Positions 61,637-64,000 of a DNA stretch of 64,000 nt are shown here, piece after piece. Origin of the DNA: an uncultured Candidatus Rokubacteria bacterium. GTDB lineage: Bacteria > Methylomirabilota > Methylomirabilia > Rokubacteriales > CSP1-6. Both the position numbers and the translations under genes were made by a program. Under the pieces are notes generated by a model. The model saw only the letters and a list, made by a program, of their open reading frames with translations, searched no databases and was not told where the DNA came from. The stretch spans positions 64,001-128,000 of the forward strand of contig CAVYTA010000001.1 of NCBI GenBank assembly GCA_963771355.1, written 5' to 3'. How positions within the stretch are numbered: position 1 is the stretch's first letter; each line of letters begins with the position of its first letter.

Positions 61637-61888
61637 ATGATCGATCGGGATGCGCTGATCACCTACCTGGCCGTAGTCCTCCGTGGCCCCGTCGAGGTCC
61701 TGACGCTTCGCCCGTTCAAGGACGCTCCCGCCGAAGCGGAAGACGCGCTGGTGATCGCGCATCCGCGCTGGTACCCGACGCTGACCGCCGGGACGCGACG
61801 AGCGCTCATCGGCTTCGCGCAGCGGCTCATGGCGAACGGCCCCGTCGATCCCGCGCGCGTCCTGGAGCTGCTCGGAGGCCGGTCGTGA
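61637..61888 (+). pseudogene. Probable internally deleted phosphotransferase (APH-like) gene
   Basis: RBS ggagg. The N-terminus (YL..VLRGPVEVL) is joined to a C-terminus (LVIAHPRWYP.L...RRAL..F) that I recall from APH-family proteins encoded before APS-kinase-like genes. No kinase core is present. Confidence 0.45.
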
Positions 61889-63036
61889 GCTGGGCGATCT
61901 GGATTACCGGCCTTCCCGGCAGCGGCAAGTCGGCCATCGCCCGTGCCGCGGCGGCCGAGCTGAGGCGGCTCGGCCGGCCGGTGGCGCTGCTCGAGCTCGA
62001 CGAGATCAGGAAGAGCATCACGCCGACGCCGCGTTACACCGACGCCGAACGCGACGTCGTGTACCGGGCGCTAACCTATCTGGCGGCCATGCTGACGGAG
62101 GTGAAGGTGCCGGTGTTCATCGACGCGACTGCCCACCGGCGCGCCTGGCGCGACCTGGCTCGGGCGGTGATCCCGCACTTCGCTGAGGTCCAGCTCGTCT
62201 GTCCCCTGGAAGTCTGCCAGGAACGGGAGCGGACCCGGCCCCTCGGCCACGCCCCGCGGGACATGTATCGCCAGGCGGGATCGCCCCGCGCCACCGTGCC
62301 CGGCGTCAACGTGCCCTATGAAGCGGCGGCGTCGCCGGAGGTGGTGATCGACACCGGAGGGGAGAGCGTGATGGAGGGCGCGGCGCGGGTTGTTCAGCTC
62401 GCGCAAGAGCTCGCCGCCCGGGCCGCCGGGGGCGCGGTCCCGCCCGCCGCCGAGCCCGCGGAACCCGGCTGGGCCATCTGGATCACCGGCCGGCCGGGAA
62501 GCGGAAAGAGCACGCTGGCGACGCGCGCGGCGGCTGCCCTCGCGGCGCGCGGCGTGCATGCGCGCGTGCTCAATCATGCCAGCGTCCGCAGCTTCCTGCT
62601 CGGCGATGGTGCGATCGGGGAGGGGGAGCAGGACTTCATCTACCGCGTCCTCGCCTACGCGGCGAAGCTCCTGACCGAGGCCGGCATGTCGGTGATCGTC
62701 GACGCCACCGCGTCACGCCGCGTCTGGCGCGAGGCGGCGCGCTCCCTCATCCCGTGCTTTGCGGAAGTCCAGCTCCTCTGCCCCGCCGAGATCTGTCTCG
62801 AGCGCGAGCGCGCCGTCCACTGGGGGCTCGCCTCCGGTCTCGATGTCTCTCGCGGCGGCACCGCGAGGGCCCCCGACATCGTGCTGGACTACGAGGAGTC
62901 GTCGCGCCCGGATCTCGCGCTCCGGACGGATGTGCACGACATCTGGACCGAAGTGGAGCAAGTCCTCATTCTCGTCCAGCGTCTGAGAAGCGCGCTGGCC
63001 AATCGGCCCGAAACACCCGAAAGGGGAATGCCATGA
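61885..63036 (+). CDS. Tandem adenylyl-sulfate-kinase-like (CysC-like) protein, two P-loop domains
   Basis: WAIWITGLPGSGKS and WAIWITGRPGSGKS, each followed by DATA..R.WR and FAEVQL.CP.E.C.ERE. Confidence 0.85.
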   Translation: MSWAIWITGLPGSGKSAIARAAAAELRRLGRPVALLELDEIRKSITPTPRYTDAERDVVYRALTYLAAMLTEVKVPVFIDATAHRRAWRDLARAVIPHFAEVQLVCPLEVCQERERTRPLGHAPRDMYRQAGSPRATVPGVNVPYEAAASPEVVIDTGGESVMEGAARVVQLAQELAARAAGGAVPPAAEPAEPGWAIWITGRPGSGKSTLATRAAAALAARGVHARVLNHASVRSFLLGDGAIGEGEQDFIYRVLAYAAKLLTEAGMSVIVDATASRRVWREAARSLIPCFAEVQLLCPAEICLERERAVHWGLASGLDVSRGGTARAPDIVLDYEESSRPDLALRTDVHDIWTEVEQVLILVQRLRSALANRPETPERGMP

Positions 63037-63464
63037 TCGTCAGAGAGTTGATGACCGGAGCGGTGATCACCGCGCCGCCGTGGATGCCCATCCTCGAGGC
63101 GCGCAATCTCATGATCAAGGAGCGTATCCGCCACCTGCCGGTGAGGGCCCCCGGCGGCGAGCTGCTCGGCATGATCACCGATCGGGACATCCGGTTGAAC
63201 TTGCCGTCCCAGGCTACCAGCCTCTCGGTGTGGGAGATCAAACACCTGCTGTCGAAGCTTACCGTCGACGAGGTCATGACGCAGGCGGTGATCACCGTGG
63301 GGCCGGACCGCCCCGCCCGCGAGGCCGCCCGGCTGATGATGGAGCACCAGATCGGGGCGTTGCCCGTCGAGGACGGCGGGTGTCTGGTCGGCATCGTCAC
63401 CGAGACCGACGTGCTGCGGGCCTTCATCCGCATGGATACGCCCCTGGCAAGCCGGCGCAGCTGA
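63033..63464 (+). CDS. CBS domain protein (AcuB-like)
   Basis: IRHLPV..LLGMITDRDI and IGALPV..LVGIVTETD. Confidence 0.92.
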   Translation: MIVRELMTGAVITAPPWMPILEARNLMIKERIRHLPVRAPGGELLGMITDRDIRLNLPSQATSLSVWEIKHLLSKLTVDEVMTQAVITVGPDRPAREAARLMMEHQIGALPVEDGGCLVGIVTETDVLRAFIRMDTPLASRRS

Positions 63465-63514
63465 TGCGCCGCGCGTGTTAGCTGGAGATCGACGAGGTCG
63501 CCGCCCGCCTAGCT

Positions 63515-63621
63515 CGGGGCATCCATGTCCCATTTCCGGGTCTCGACGCAACAGCACCATGATGACGCATACGCCGAATCTCTTGGATTCACGGCATTCC
63601 TGGAGTGGCACCTCGATTGCT
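63515..63621 (+). promoter_or_regulatory. Palindromic enhancer (63515-63532) plus sigma-54 promoter (63606-63621)
   Basis: cggggcatccatgtccca lies 91 bp before TGGCACCTCGATTGCT. Confidence 0.78.
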
Positions 63622-63649
63622 CTCCCGTAATGAGCGGGAGGTGCATCTT

Positions 63650-64000
63650 TTGGAGAAGCAGCTCGAATCGAAGCGACTCTCGCTTCAGGATATCCGGGGA
63701 CGGCTCGATACTCCGCTCATCGGTCACCATCTCTATCTCCTGGAGGAAGTGGAGTCGACCAATGTGAGCCTGCGCGCCATTGCCCGAGCGGGCGGTGCCG
63801 AGGGCACGGTGGTGGTGGCCGAGTCCCAGACGCATGGGCGCGGGCGGCACGGCCAGCCCTGGTTCTCGCCCCCTGGCGTCAATCTCTATGCCTCGGCGCT
63901 ATTCCGTCCAAGCTTCCTTCCGCGGGACGCCGCATCGTTCTCCTTCGTCGCCTCGCTCGCGGTGTACGACGCCCTCCGGGAGCTGGGTGGCGAGCCGGGC
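63650..64000 (+). CDS. birA: Biotin--protein ligase (no HTH), runs off the window
   Basis: Not in the ORF track. My translation from TTG 63650 (RBS gggagg) gives EEVESTN...EGTVVVAESQTHGRGRHGQPWFSPPGVNLYAS. Confidence 0.88.
   Translation, partial: MEKQLESKRLSLQDIRGRLDTPLIGHHLYLLEEVESTNVSLRAIARAGGAEGTVVVAESQTHGRGRHGQPWFSPPGVNLYASALFRPSFLPRDAASFSFVASLAVYDALRELGGEPG

Overview
GC-rich bacterial DNA. The repertoire (many ABC substrate-binding proteins, amidohydrolases, LLM oxidoreductases, sigma-54 systems) fits a soil/sediment lineage such as Ca. Rokubacteria/Methylomirabilota, but this is only an inference. I saw no rRNA, tRNA, CRISPR array or transposase. The first ~44 kb is mostly transport and catabolism: an Fe3+/polyamine-type ABC operon plus SDR (many single-base frameshifts, probably read errors), a cspA gene, a HicA-like orphan, an acyl-CoA mutase, a membrane-sensor/OtsA fusion, a VPS10-type hydrolase, TauD, IlvE and an amidohydrolase/Pot-type ABC cluster. 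Two features stand out. (1) At 21.9-25.7 kb, a sigma-54 activator with no sensory domain sits next to a -24/-12 promoter that drives a nearly uncharged Gln/Pro/Gly protein with FG repeats, then a perfect hairpin, then a cytoplasmic subtilisin. (2) At 44-64 kb, a stress/dormancy-type island (USPs, CBS, GNAT, phosphoketolase, PPOX-like, tandem APS-kinase-like, BirA, CarS-like) carries seven sigma-54 promoter motifs. Four of them have the same 18-bp palindrome YGGGGC-N6-GYCCCR 89-102 bp upstream. Several genes in this island are collapsed by internal deletions.
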